Positions 47,072 to 57,194 are shown, numbered from the stretch's first letter. The stretch is 64,000 nucleotides of DNA from Candidatus Micrarchaeia archaeon (GCA_038871515.1 JAVZHX010000001.1:384001-448000), one strand, 5' to 3'. The notes: a model not told the origin generated them from the sequence alone. Made by a program: numbers and translations.

Positions 47072-49420
47072 ATAACCCCAAGTATACAGCATATCGCTAT
47101 CGCTTATCCACTTCTCCCCAATATCCGTTCTGTAAAACATGTTTGGAATAAGAATGTTTTTCACCCTTGAATACGCCTGCTTTCTCGCCTCCTCAACAGT
47201 CGTCCCAGAGCCGGTGATTATCAACGCATAGCCTGACTGCCCAGCCAACCTCCAGTCATCCTCAACAAGCTTCACATCCCCAAGATGAACCCCATCAAGA
47301 TTTGGCTTCTTGAAAATTATCGTTGCATCCTCCGAATACCTTTTGAAAGCAGCTGGGTCGCTGAATGGGAAGGGTGGGACTGCAACTACAATACATATCT
47401 GAAATCCTTTTTTCGTTTTCAGCTCAGTTGCCTCTCCTTTTGCAAGCGAGTAAAGAAAATCACTCCACCTGCTCGTCACTCCCTCAATCTGCAAACTTAT
47501 AGTGGGGTAACCAAAACGCATGGTCCACTCCAATGGATATATCCCTCTTGAATTCACAATACAATTCAAATCCACATACCCAACATAATTTGATGCAACA
47601 AGTGCTTCCTTCATTTTAAGAAGAGTTTCGTTGAAAAGCTTGTTTGGGGGGCACCAGAACCCAAGCGTATTGCCACAAAAAACAGGTTTCCCATCCTTCC
47701 TGATATACATCACATGATTTGGAACCTCAGCGCAATAAACCTTTCCGTTGTATGGAATCTCCTTCCAGTCTCTCGCATCCAACCAAGAAACAGTTTTCTG
47801 CACCCTCTCAATAATCTCATACTGCAGCTTGTCAGAAGCAATTATCCTGTCGCCAATTTTCCCCTTTCTTGGTTTTCTTATCTTAATCAACCCCACATGA
47901 CCAATTTTCAGTAACAGTTCTTGAATATTATCTGCAAGTTTCTTTGATGTTGTATAAAAAACCCGGTAACCTTTTTTATAATGATACGCATCGCCAAGTG
48001 CAAAAGCATCTAGGAAAAGCTTTATCTGTCTAGGAGATGCTTCCCTCACATATTCTGGGATCCATTTATCAGAAGCCTTCCCAAACTGCTTCAAGTACCT
48101 AGCAAGTTGGGCGCTGTGTATCGCAAACCTATCCTTACTAACTACCACTTTGAATGGTAGTTTATTAATTATCCTAAACACACTAGCCCGTGTCCTCTTC
48201 TTCGCTTGTGCGATAGTAACAGTATTTCCTGAAGAGCAGCCTTCGCTTAAATAAAGCCCCAGGAATTCAAGCCAACAATCCATCTTAATTCTCATTTGCT
48301 GAAGTTGCACTACGCATTTATGATTCGTTCCTTTAGTATAGATGTACTCCGGAAGATAAAAGTATTCTTCCTCAACTCCCTTCCAAATGCCCGTTCTTGG
48401 GATTACAAATTTGGTTGTTAACTCCTTTGCTTTAACGAATCTCCACTTATTTCCACCAGTTCTATAAGTCTCCCCCTCCATCCCAAACATATTATGATCT
48501 GGCGTTACTGTCAAAGAAACTGCCCTGTTGGTTATATCAATCATCCTTTTATGGTGGTCATACTCTACTATCGCAGTTGGTTTTTGATACTCAATCGCAA
48601 AAGTACTAGGATTGAGTGTGCAAATTTCATCGCTGTATGAAAGATTCTTGAACAACTTCCAACCCACCTTTGTCAAAACCTCTGTTTTGTCATCGTAACA
48701 CCCCATCTCGCCACAGTTCGGCCCCAACCCACCTGGAAACAACTTCTTGTGCTCGAAGTTTATGAATATTGGGTAGACAAAATCCCTCCCATTGAAGAAA
48801 ACCCCAACTGCAACTTCCACGCCCTGCACAAACTTCTGTAACTGGAACACGCTAATCTTCTTTGACCAGCTCTTCTTGTAGTGCTCCAAAACATCTATCA
48901 CATCTTTTCCATCCTCTTCCTGTCCAACAAAAAGTAACTCCTTCTCATTCTGAGCTCTTCCACTTGGTTTTATCACATACCTATCCGGATTCTTCTTAAC
49001 AAACTCTATAGCATCATCAAATCCGATAAAATCCCAATGGGGTATCGTGTTCACTCCCGCTTTCTTCAACTCCTCCTGCCCAAACTCCCTATCATCCTCA
49101 AGCTTATCAGTATAAACAGAACCGCCAACAACTAACTTACCTTCCTTTCTTAAATCCTCAGCAATCTGCCCAAAACCGATATCGTCAAAGCAAATTACGT
49201 CAGCCCAGTCTTCCCACCCCTTCCAATCCTCGCATTTTTCAACAAACCCATCACAAACATCCTTCTCAGACTTCTCCTTTATGTAATACTTTACCTCACT
49301 TCCCTCCTTCTTCACCTGCCAAGCCAAATCGCCAATCAAACCCTCGTATGAAACAAAAAGAAACTTCAAAGGCTTCTTCTCCTCCTTTTTCTCTTCAACC
49401 TGGTTGTTTGATGGGCTCAT
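47063..49420 (-). CDS. purD: PurD-like ATP-grasp ligase (phosphoribosylamine-glycine ligase) containing an intein
   Basis: LEDDREFG, VIKP, FEHKKL..G.GPNCGEMG, LEWTMRFGYP, FYRTDIG. Confidence 0.8.
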   Translation of the reverse strand: MSPSNNQVEEKKEEKKPLKFLFVSYEGLIGDLAWQVKKEGSEVKYYIKEKSEKDVCDGFVEKCEDWKGWEDWADVICFDDIGFGQIAEDLRKEGKLVVGGSVYTDKLEDDREFGQEELKKAGVNTIPHWDFIGFDDAIEFVKKNPDRYVIKPSGRAQNEKELLFVGQEEDGKDVIDVLEHYKKSWSKKISVFQLQKFVQGVEVAVGVFFNGRDFVYPIFINFEHKKLFPGGLGPNCGEMGCYDDKTEVLTKVGWKLFKNLSYSDEICTLNPSTFAIEYQKPTAIVEYDHHKRMIDITNRAVSLTVTPDHNMFGMEGETYRTGGNKWRFVKAKELTTKFVIPRTGIWKGVEEEYFYLPEYIYTKGTNHKCVVQLQQMRIKMDCWLEFLGLYLSEGCSSGNTVTIAQAKKRTRASVFRIINKLPFKVVVSKDRFAIHSAQLARYLKQFGKASDKWIPEYVREASPRQIKLFLDAFALGDAYHYKKGYRVFYTTSKKLADNIQELLLKIGHVGLIKIRKPRKGKIGDRIIASDKLQYEIIERVQKTVSWLDARDWKEIPYNGKVYCAEVPNHVMYIRKDGKPVFCGNTLGFWCPPNKLFNETLLKMKEALVASNYVGYVDLNCIVNSRGIYPLEWTMRFGYPTISLQIEGVTSRWSDFLYSLAKGEATELKTKKGFQICIVVAVPPFPFSDPAAFKRYSEDATIIFKKPNLDGVHLGDVKLVEDDWRLAGQSGYALIITGSGTTVEEARKQAYSRVKNILIPNMFYRTDIGEKWISDSDMLYTWGYLY
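47669..48700 (-). mobile_element. Intein (344 aa) with LAGLIDADG-type endonuclease in the PurD-like gene
   Basis: GEMG|CYDDKTEVLT...VTPDH...VYCAEVP...FCGN|TLG; FLGLYLSEG and FLDAFALGD. Confidence 0.9.
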
Positions 49421-49456
49421 GAAAAAATTTTGTAAATCAGTTGATTATAAGCTTTC

Positions 49457-50017
49457 CTATAAAGGCTCCTCAACTCCAAAAACAATTTTTTTGTAAACAG
49501 AGCCAATCTCCTCCCTCGTCATCCTCTCCAACTCCAACCTTGCTGCTTTTCCATTAACCTCCGCAATTCTCTTTACCTCCTCCTCACTCAAATTAGAAAA
49601 ATACTCAACAGCTCCCCTGCGCGCGCCCTCCACGCACTTAGCAAACGCAAGCAGCTTCTCACCTTTCTCGCCAACCATCTCAGCCAAACCAAACTTCCAC
49701 ATTATGCTGCTTTTCGCTCTTTCAGTTTCCTCCTCACTTCTTGGAGTGCTCAAAGCTTTGAACCACTCCCTTTTGCCCTGCCTCACCAAAGCAAGATAAC
49801 TCTCCCTCACCTCCCTTTTTAAAAAACCTGTGAATTCTCTTTCCTCCACTCCCATCTCCTTCAACCTTTTCCCAAAATTAACAAGAACCTCCTTCGGCTT
49901 CTCCTCCCACAAAACCATCATGCTCTGCAGCTCAACGAACGCTTCTTTCATCTTCTCCTGCCGTAGCCTCGCTATTCTCTCACGCATCGGCTCCTTTCTC
50001 TCAATTTCCATATTCAT
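49457..50017 (-). CDS. Hypothetical protein
   Basis: 186-aa charged helical ORF. Confidence 0.65.
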   Translation of the reverse strand: MNMEIERKEPMRERIARLRQEKMKEAFVELQSMMVLWEEKPKEVLVNFGKRLKEMGVEEREFTGFLKREVRESYLALVRQGKREWFKALSTPRSEEETERAKSSIMWKFGLAEMVGEKGEKLLAFAKCVEGARRGAVEYFSNLSEEEVKRIAEVNGKAARLELERMTREEIGSVYKKIVFGVEEPL

Positions 50018-50101
50018 AAATTACTTGCTCATTTCAATTATTTAAACTCGCTTTCGCAATTATTCGAAACCTTTATAAATAAAAATAGAAAAAGTGAAAC
50101 C

Positions 50102-50746
50102 TCACTCGAACCCCTTCTTCTTCCCCCACCCCACCGTATCCTGCGTCCACTCCAAAATAACGCTCTCCTGCTCCTTTGTTATCAACTTCTTTGCAGTTGC
50201 CCTCTTCACAAGAGTGCTTATATCTGTCAGTGGAATCAGCTCCACCCCCTCCTGCCTGAACCCCTCCTCTGCTTTCGGCATCTGATAAGTGAATATCACA
50301 ACGCAGTGAGTTGGGTTTGCGCCAGCAGCTCTAACTGCTCTTGCAGTGTGAAGCGAGCTTCCCCCCTGGCTCACCAAATCCTCAACCACCACCACTCTTG
50401 CTCCTTTCTCCAGCTTCCCCTCAATCAAGTTCTGCTTCCCATGATCCTTCTCCTCCTTCCTCACATAAACCATCGGTTTCTTTATTCTGTCAGCCAGCCA
50501 TGCCGCATGCGGTATTCCAGAGGATGCAACAGCTGCAAGGCAATCCACATTCCTCAACCCAATCCTCTCCCTCACAACCTTTTCAAACGCATCAATTACT
50601 TCTTCTCTCTCCTTCACGTGCGACATCAGCAATCTACAATCCGTGTAGATTGGGCTGAGAATGCCTGACGCGTATCTATATGGTTTTTCCGGGCTCAGCG
50701 TCACAGCCCCTATCTCCAAAAGTATATCCGCAATTCTCTCCTTCAT
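50102..50746 (-). CDS. pyrE: Orotate phosphoribosyltransferase
   Basis: ASGILSPIYTDCR, YVRKEEKDHG, VVEDLVSQGGS. Confidence 0.95.
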   Translation of the reverse strand: MKERIADILLEIGAVTLSPEKPYRYASGILSPIYTDCRLLMSHVKEREEVIDAFEKVVRERIGLRNVDCLAAVASSGIPHAAWLADRIKKPMVYVRKEEKDHGKQNLIEGKLEKGARVVVVEDLVSQGGSSLHTARAVRAAGANPTHCVVIFTYQMPKAEEGFRQEGVELIPLTDISTLVKRATAKKLITKEQESVILEWTQDTVGWGKKKGFE

Positions 50747-50747
50747 A

Positions 50748-51542
50748 CTACTCCCTCCAACCATAATATTCATTCAAACTCACCTTCTTCCCATACTTCA
50801 ACCTTGCGAACCTTCCAAACTCGCTCATTTTTGAAAGTTTTTTTGATGAGAAAACAGGGCCGTCAGCGCACACCCTGTAACCATCCACCGCACAGCTCCC
50901 GCAAACTCCAAAACCACAGTGCATGTATCTTTCTAGGGAGAGCTGGCACTCCACTTTGTTTTTTCTACAAATCTCAAAAACTTTCTTCAACATCAGCTCA
51001 GGGCCGCAGCCATAAACAACATCAACCTCCCCAACCACCTCCTCAAGCAAATCAGTTGCAAACCCCTTTCTCCCAAGCGAACCATCATCCGTTGCATACC
51101 TCACCTTCCCAACCCTCTCCATCCTTTCCCTGAAAATCAGCTTTCTTTTGCTTGAAGCACCCATTATGATAATTGGTTTCCTCTTCGCCAGCTTCTCCGC
51201 AAGCGGTGCAAGCGGTGCAACTCCAACTCCACCAGCAACTATGCACTGTCTCTCCCCAACAACCTCAAACCCATTCCCATACGGGCCTCTAACCCCAATA
51301 AAGCTTCCCTCCCTCAACCTGAAAACTTCCTCTGTGAACTTACCTCTCCTCTGCACCGTTATTGCTGCCTGTCCATTCAAATACGAAAGCGCAAATGGTT
51401 TCTCATCAACCCCAGGAAGCCAAACCATGACAAACTGGCCAGGAATTGCACCAGGCACTCCCCTCTCAAAAAACACCGTTCTTACCTCCTCACTCTCCTC
51501 CACAACTTTCCTCACTTTATTTGAAACCGGCATCTCACTCAT
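50748..51542 (-). CDS. pyrK: Dihydroorotate dehydrogenase electron transfer subunit
   Basis: PGQFVM, GPYGNGF, GGVGVAP, CGPE, CGFGVCGSC...C.DGP. Confidence 0.93.
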   Translation of the reverse strand: MSEMPVSNKVRKVVEESEEVRTVFFERGVPGAIPGQFVMVWLPGVDEKPFALSYLNGQAAITVQRRGKFTEEVFRLREGSFIGVRGPYGNGFEVVGERQCIVAGGVGVAPLAPLAEKLAKRKPIIIMGASSKRKLIFRERMERVGKVRYATDDGSLGRKGFATDLLEEVVGEVDVVYGCGPELMLKKVFEICRKNKVECQLSLERYMHCGFGVCGSCAVDGYRVCADGPVFSSKKLSKMSEFGRFARLKYGKKVSLNEYYGWRE

Positions 51543-52446
51543 GCGCAACACCAACCAGCTCCGTCACATTTCTATAGCCATTCTCCTCCATCCAAACTTC
51601 CATCTCCTCACAAACTTTTCTGAAAATTTCAATTCCTCTGTAATAAACACCACTTGCAATTCCAACTGCAGTTGCGCCTGCCTGCATCATCTCAATCGCA
51701 TCCCTTCCCTCCACAACACCACCCATCCCAAGAATTGGTATTTCAACTGCCTCATAAATGTCATAAACACATCTTACCGCAATCGGCCTTATTGCAGGAC
51801 CGGAAATGCCTCCCCTCCCATAACTTAGCACTGGCTTTCTTACCTCAACGTTAATCACCATCCCAGGGCCAACTGTGTTTATTGCAGATATTGCATCCGC
51901 GCCTGCTTCCTCGCATGCCTTTGCAACAGCGCCAATATTCAGCGCTTGTGGAGTGAGCTTTGGCATTACAGGAACTCTACCTGCAACATCCTTCACTGCA
52001 GAAACAACTTCATAAGCAAGCTTCTCGCTGCAACCAAAAACCATCCCCTCTGCTTTTGTGTTTGGGCAGGAAACATTCAGCTCAATTGCAGCTGGCTTGT
52101 GCTTTGCAACCGCCTCCCCAACCTCTCTGAACTCCTCAACAGACGCCCCATATATGCTCACAAAAACAGGTGCTTTCACCTCTTTTATTCTTGCAAGCTC
52201 CCCCTCCATTTCCTTATAACCAGGTGAGGGTAAGCCAACTGCGTTTATCATCCCCCACTCATAAGCAAGCACAGTTGGGTTTCTGTGCCCGCTTCTCTCC
52301 CTTGGGCCGATTGACTTAAATGTAACCGCGCCTGCCCCTTCCTCAACAACTCTTTTCAGCATCTCAACGTTTACTCCCAGAATCCCAGATGAAAGCACAG
52401 TTGGGTTCCTCATCCTCGCTCCACAAAACGAGACAGACAAATCCAT
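51535..52446 (-). CDS. pyrD: Dihydroorotate dehydrogenase 1B catalytic subunit
   Basis: ELNVSCPN, KLTP, AINT, GGISGPAIRP. Confidence 0.95.
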   Translation of the reverse strand: MDLSVSFCGARMRNPTVLSSGILGVNVEMLKRVVEEGAGAVTFKSIGPRERSGHRNPTVLAYEWGMINAVGLPSPGYKEMEGELARIKEVKAPVFVSIYGASVEEFREVGEAVAKHKPAAIELNVSCPNTKAEGMVFGCSEKLAYEVVSAVKDVAGRVPVMPKLTPQALNIGAVAKACEEAGADAISAINTVGPGMVINVEVRKPVLSYGRGGISGPAIRPIAVRCVYDIYEAVEIPILGMGGVVEGRDAIEMMQAGATAVGIASGVYYRGIEIFRKVCEEMEVWMEENGYRNVTELVGVAHE

Positions 52447-52574
52447 CAGTTCACCCTTTAAATTATCAAAAGCAGAAAATAAAAGCCTATTGCAACCCCG
52501 TTGATAACCTAGAAGTCTGCTCCGCACCGAAATAGATATAAATAAGATAATTCTTACTTATCTTACGTGATTCT

Positions 52575-52847
52575 ATGAACATAGAAATAGTAAAATTATC
52601 ATCAAAAGGACAGCTGGTTTTACCACTTGCAATAAGAAAGCACTTCAGAGTTGGCAAGGGAGAAAGGCTGATGATAGTGGAGGAAGGAGGGACAATACTT
52701 CTCAAGCCCCTCAAGCAGATGAAACGCGATATTGAAGAAGAAATTTACCTGCTATCAAGAGCGGCTAAAGGGTGGGCGCAGGTTGAAAAAGGAAAAGCAA
52801 AAACAATGCTCAAAGATGAATTCCTGAGAGAGCTGTCAGCATGGTAA
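52575..52847 (+). CDS. AbrB/MazE-family antitoxin
   Basis: KLSSKGQLVLP..IR; overlaps the downstream toxin. Confidence 0.88.
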   Translation: MNIEIVKLSSKGQLVLPLAIRKHFRVGKGERLMIVEEGGTILLKPLKQMKRDIEEEIYLLSRAAKGWAQVEKGKAKTMLKDEFLRELSAW

Positions 52848-53092
52848 AGAATATTGTCTTTACAAATAATTTTGAACGCTCAATACGCAAGCTTAAGGAT
52901 GCAGCACTGAGGGAGCGCATCAAAAAGAAGATTGCTGAGATTGTTGAGCGACCAGAAACTGGCAAACCACTTAGATTTCAGAGGAAAGGCGAAAGGTCCG
53001 TAAAGATTTCTCCATTCAGAATCATCTATGCTCTACAAGGTGATACGATATACTTCCTGGATTTTGATAAGAGAAACAAAGTCTATCGCTAA
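52841..53092 (+). CDS. RelE/ParE-family toxin
   Basis: FTNNFERSIRKL, PETGKPL, FRIIY, KRNKVY. Confidence 0.88.
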   Translation: MVKNIVFTNNFERSIRKLKDAALRERIKKKIAEIVERPETGKPLRFQRKGERSVKISPFRIIYALQGDTIYFLDFDKRNKVYR

Positions 53093-53224
53093 TTCTGAAT
53101 AAAAGAGAAGATATTTTTCTCAAAACTTTTCTAATACCAATAGAAAACTTTATAGATAAACTACTAATACCGGGCTATGCTCTCCTCTCAGCTAAACACC
53201 GTTTTCTTTGATTATTAATTTTAA

Positions 53225-53267
53225 CTCACGTATGAGCGAAAAATTTAAAAATATGGCTCACGTATGA
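53225..53267 (+). promoter_or_regulatory. Direct repeats CTCACGTATGA flanking a TATA box
   Basis: Copies at 53225-53235 and 53257-53267 around TTTAAAAA. Confidence 0.65.
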
Positions 53268-53273
53268 ACTACT

Positions 53274-54584
53274 ATGAAGGAAGACGAGATAGCGGAAATT
53301 TTACTTGACTGGAATTTTTGGGAAAAGGAGCAACCAGCAGGAATACCCAGGCCCCTCTATCAAGATACGATAAAGAATTTCCTCAAAACAAACCAGATTA
53401 TTGTAATCATAGGTGTAAGAAGAAGCGGCAAATCCACAATAATGATGCAGACAGCAAAAACGTTAATTGACTCCGGTACTGACCCTCATGACATATTACT
53501 GGTCAACTTTGAAGATTACAGATTTTACGAGTTTTCACTAAAACTTTTGCAACAAATTTATGATTTCTATCTTGAGAAGATAGCAAAAGGGAAGGATAGA
53601 TACATTTTTCTCGATGAGGTTCACAACATCAAAGGGTGGGAGAGGTTTGTTAGGACTCTAGTAGACAAGAAGGAGGCAAAGATAATTGTTTCAGGCTCCA
53701 GCTCAAAATTAATGGGCAGGGAGCTCGCCACCCTACTCACCGGCAGACACATAAACTTGCTCGTCTTCCCACTAACCTTCAAAGAATTCCTGCTCTTTAA
53801 AAATCTAAAATTAGACAAAGAGACAGAACGTATAAGCAGAAGGAGAGAGATAAAAAAACTGCTTGCTGAATTCCTTGGATATGGTTCATTTCCAGAGGTT
53901 GTTTTGGCAGATAAGAAAGTAAGATATAAAATGCTCGTTGATTACATTGAAAGTATAATAAACAAAGACATTGTGACGAGATATAGAATAAAGGAAACGC
54001 AAAAGCTCAGAGCATTAGTCAAATTCTATATGACAAATATAGCATCGCCAGTAAGCTTCAACAAAATAAAAAACTGGCTATCTCTTCCTTTGAGAACTGT
54101 GGAGAGGTTCTCCTACTATCTGGAAGAAGCCTATTTGGTATATTTCCTGAGAAGATTTTCCTTCAAGGTTAAGAAACAGGAAAAATCAGCGCGGAAGATA
54201 TATGTTATAGACCAGGGTTTGTCAAACGCATACGGGCTCAAATTCAGTGCGAATGTTGGCAGAGTAATGGAAAATGTCGTTCTGCTGGAACTGCTTAAGA
54301 ATGGCGCACAGGTTTATTACTGGAAAAGCCAAACAGGAAAAGAGGTGGACTTTGTCATTGAAGAAAACTTGAAAGCTAAACAACTCATTCAGATATGCTA
54401 TGACGTGAGCGATTATAACGTAAAAATTAGAGAGGCGAGTGCTTTAATAAAAGCTTCTGAGGAGCTGAAATGCAGAAATCTTGTTGTGATCACTTGGGAT
54501 TATGAATCCGAGGAAAAAATCCAAGGAGTTAAAATAAAATTTGTTCCTCTCTGGAAATGGCTTCTGGATGTCAAATCAGACTGA
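53274..54584 (+). CDS. AAA+ ATPase with DUF4143 domain (copy 1)
   Basis: GVRRSGKS, IFLDEV, SGSSSKL, LTGR, KIYVIDQG, EVDFV. Confidence 0.92.
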   Translation: MKEDEIAEILLDWNFWEKEQPAGIPRPLYQDTIKNFLKTNQIIVIIGVRRSGKSTIMMQTAKTLIDSGTDPHDILLVNFEDYRFYEFSLKLLQQIYDFYLEKIAKGKDRYIFLDEVHNIKGWERFVRTLVDKKEAKIIVSGSSSKLMGRELATLLTGRHINLLVFPLTFKEFLLFKNLKLDKETERISRRREIKKLLAEFLGYGSFPEVVLADKKVRYKMLVDYIESIINKDIVTRYRIKETQKLRALVKFYMTNIASPVSFNKIKNWLSLPLRTVERFSYYLEEAYLVYFLRRFSFKVKKQEKSARKIYVIDQGLSNAYGLKFSANVGRVMENVVLLELLKNGAQVYYWKSQTGKEVDFVIEENLKAKQLIQICYDVSDYNVKIREASALIKASEELKCRNLVVITWDYESEEKIQGVKIKFVPLWKWLLDVKSD

Positions 54585-54611
54585 TGTTTTTAATTTTAAC
54601 TCATATATAAA

Positions 54612-55428
54612 CTACTTTTTTGAAATCACCACATACGCATAATTCCCCTCAATCACCCTATAAACTCTAAGACCTGCTTTCTTAAAAATATCCTCAATTT
54701 CACTCTTTCTCCATCTATGAGAGCTGAAAACTTTCTTCTTATTGGCATACACCGCAATATCATGCGTTTTTTCATCATACGTTATTATCGGTGGGACTCC
54801 AAATATCTCAACAACAGGATTCCATATCCAACTTTGAAAACTATAATCTATAAGCTCAAGATACTTCGCAATATCACAGCCACGTGGCCTAAGATGAGGT
54901 GGTATCCTTTTGATAGCCGCACCATCTATTCTCATATCCTCCGGTAACTTATAAAGCATCACAACAAACCTATCCTTCTTACTCATAACTTTTCTAACAC
55001 TCCTTAAAACCCTAACCCTCTCTTTGATTGGAAAGTTACCTAGGGTATTAACCAAACAAACAAAGATTTTTGGTATACCCCATCTCCTAACCAACATTTT
55101 AGTTTTACTCAAACTTCTAAAATCCTCTTGGATTAGTATCACTCGTTTTGAGCATTTCTTTGCAATCCTTCCACAGAACTCCAACATTGGCTTTGAAAAA
55201 TCTACCCCAACAATAAATGCGACATCCTTAATTCCCCCAAGCCATTCCAACGCCCTCCCAGGCCCAATTCCCAATTCAACAATAATTTTTTTTATTTTCA
55301 GGACGATATCCTTTGATAAATTTCACCAAATATTTCTCATCAACAATATCCAGTTTCTTCTGATATGCTTCATAAAATGCCTTCGGAGCTTTGCTGGACT
55401 TATATAAATCCACCCATTCGTACTCCAC
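54612..55428 (-). pseudogene. Class I SAM methyltransferase interrupted by one extra A in an A8 tract
   Basis: Starts GTG-EYEWVDLYKS like the paralog at 61684..62502. The T8 at 55286-55293 shifts the frame just before LGIGPGR. Confidence 0.85.
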
Positions 55429-55443
55429 AAAACCACTTCCAAC

Positions 55444-56001
55444 TTACTTCTCAGAAGGTATGCTAACTGGGTCGAATATCCACTTACCCTTCAGCTCAAA
55501 CGGCCTCATACTCCAAACTTTCTCCACCCACCCCTGCTTAATCAACTCCTCCCCAAACCGTTGGTATTCATCCAAATCCTGTGTGGTGACAACCAGAAGC
55601 AAATCCCATTCAGTTCCCTGGAGGGAGTAGGCCTGTCTCACTATGTTCACACCAAGTTTCTTCTGGGTTTCTATTATTCTCTCAATTATTTCAGTCCACC
55701 CACGTGGATACTCTATCTCAACCCCGACAACAGGAGGTGATAAATTAGCTTTTATGAAAACAATGAGATACTCATCCCACAGCCTGACTGGGTCGATAAT
55801 TGCAGAATTTGTTTTTATTATAATCCTACGCCTTTTAAGAGAAACAATTCTCCTCCGTAATTCATTCAAGCTAATGCCAACTTTTTTACTCAGTTCCATC
55901 AACTCAGTCTTGCTAACTTCCCTCTCTTTCACAAGAAGATTCATTATCCTAAGATCTATTGCATCAATTTTCTCTTTGCTAATCTTTTTATATAACTTCA
56001 T
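55444..56001 (-). CDS. Lrp/AsnC-like regulator (copy 1)
   Basis: IDAIDLRIMNLL HTH; TEWDLLL; paralog of 62507..63106. Confidence 0.75.
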   Translation of the reverse strand: MKLYKKISKEKIDAIDLRIMNLLVKEREVSKTELMELSKKVGISLNELRRRIVSLKRRRIIIKTNSAIIDPVRLWDEYLIVFIKANLSPPVVGVEIEYPRGWTEIIERIIETQKKLGVNIVRQAYSLQGTEWDLLLVVTTQDLDEYQRFGEELIKQGWVEKVWSMRPFELKGKWIFDPVSIPSEK

Positions 56002-56106
56002 AATTCCACAATATTATACTGGGTATTATAAATAAACTTTACTTAACATTCGCTACGGGAAACGGAAGAATCCACACCGCATATGTAATGTCAGAACTGA
56101 GGATTT

Positions 56107-56150
56107 CTGCTACCTAATCTCATATGGTCTTACTTCCTCAAAGCTCACAA
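56107..56150 (-). repeat. Remnant of the nuclease gene 3' end
   Basis: 56120-56150 is identical to 60651-60681; encodes VSFEEVRPYEIR*. Confidence 0.8.
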
Positions 56151-56187
56151 TAATATAATAAAATTCCCCTACTCACAGAAATTTATT

Positions 56188-56622
56188 CTACAGTGGCCTC
56201 ACCACAACTTTCCGATTATCCAAATTTTTTAACTCTCCTTCCAACCATTGCTTACCCACTTCTGTCTCTAAGACTTTCTTCACTTCTGACTCAATTTTCT
56301 TTCCGTCATAATTCGCATATTCCTTAACCCCCTGAAATTTACCTATCTTTATTAGCTCGCCCGTTTTATCAAACTCTGCGCTTAACTTCATCAATACATC
56401 TTCTCTTAACCCCCACAATTTACCCTCTCTTCCAACTACCTTCATATCAAGTTTCACTCTTTCGTTTAATTTTACCGATACTTGCACTTCCTTCTGGTTG
56501 CCATGCTCGTCAATCTCTCTTCCCACAAGAATGCGCTCTCCTTCAACTAGCCAATGAGGCTGTATGCTGAGACGTACCCCATCTATCACCATCTCTTCAC
56601 GAATTTTAACCCCACTACCCAA
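56188..56622 (-). CDS. Hypothetical protein (paralog of 63267..63668)
   Basis: Shared LVGR, GxExKxWG..ED.L.K..A.F, GKQWL..EL.NL. Confidence 0.7.
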   Translation of the reverse strand: MGSGVKIREEMVIDGVRLSIQPHWLVEGERILVGREIDEHGNQKEVQVSVKLNERVKLDMKVVGREGKLWGLREDVLMKLSAEFDKTGELIKIGKFQGVKEYANYDGKKIESEVKKVLETEVGKQWLEGELKNLDNRKVVVRPL

Positions 56623-56654
56623 ATCATCACCTTTGGTTATCTATTGAATTGAAA

Positions 56655-57194
56655 TTAAAGCTGGTAAGGTCTTACTTCCTCAAAGCTCACAACAAAGCTC
56701 TTAGGATACCTCTGCACTGACTGCTTCACCTCTTCCCTCAACTTCCTTAAGGATGCAACAAACAGAACCAGCTCCCTTCCCCTTTTCCTCTTCTCAGCTT
56801 CCCTTGCCCTCTCCATCAGTGATTCAATTTCCTTCTCTGTAACCTCCTCCCCCCACTTCACCTCCCCAACAACAAGGTACTTTGAATTCACTCCCACCGC
56901 ATCAAAGCAGGCATTTCCCCAAATATTTTTAGCCTCTCCAAGGGGAGGGACTGCAAACCCTGCATGCACCAGCGCATCCCTCACCCTGTCCTTTGCAAAC
57001 TTCTGCATTTTCTCCACTTCAATAATCTTTCCACTTTCCATCAGAACTTCCTGGTAGTTGCCTGTGTACTCCAATGCGCACAGAACCTTTCTTCTGAGGA
57101 GAGAAACAGGATCCTCCACCTCCTCGACTACCGCTTGCCTAACCGGCTCCTCCCTTTTAATCACCTTGCCCAGCATGGCAAGGAGACCCACCAT
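56655..57194 (-). CDS. PD-(D/E)xK nuclease-fold protein (DUF234-like), copy 1
   Basis: WG...FDAVG...VVGEVKW; SD GGAGGTGG. Confidence 0.7.
   Translation of the reverse strand: MVGLLAMLGKVIKREEPVRQAVVEEVEDPVSLLRRKVLCALEYTGNYQEVLMESGKIIEVEKMQKFAKDRVRDALVHAGFAVPPLGEAKNIWGNACFDAVGVNSKYLVVGEVKWGEEVTEKEIESLMERAREAEKRKRGRELVLFVASLRKLREEVKQSVQRYPKSFVVSFEEVRPYQL
56668..57192. repeat. 525-bp direct repeat, copy 1
   Basis: Matches 60657..61181 with no mismatch noticed by eye. Confidence 0.92.
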
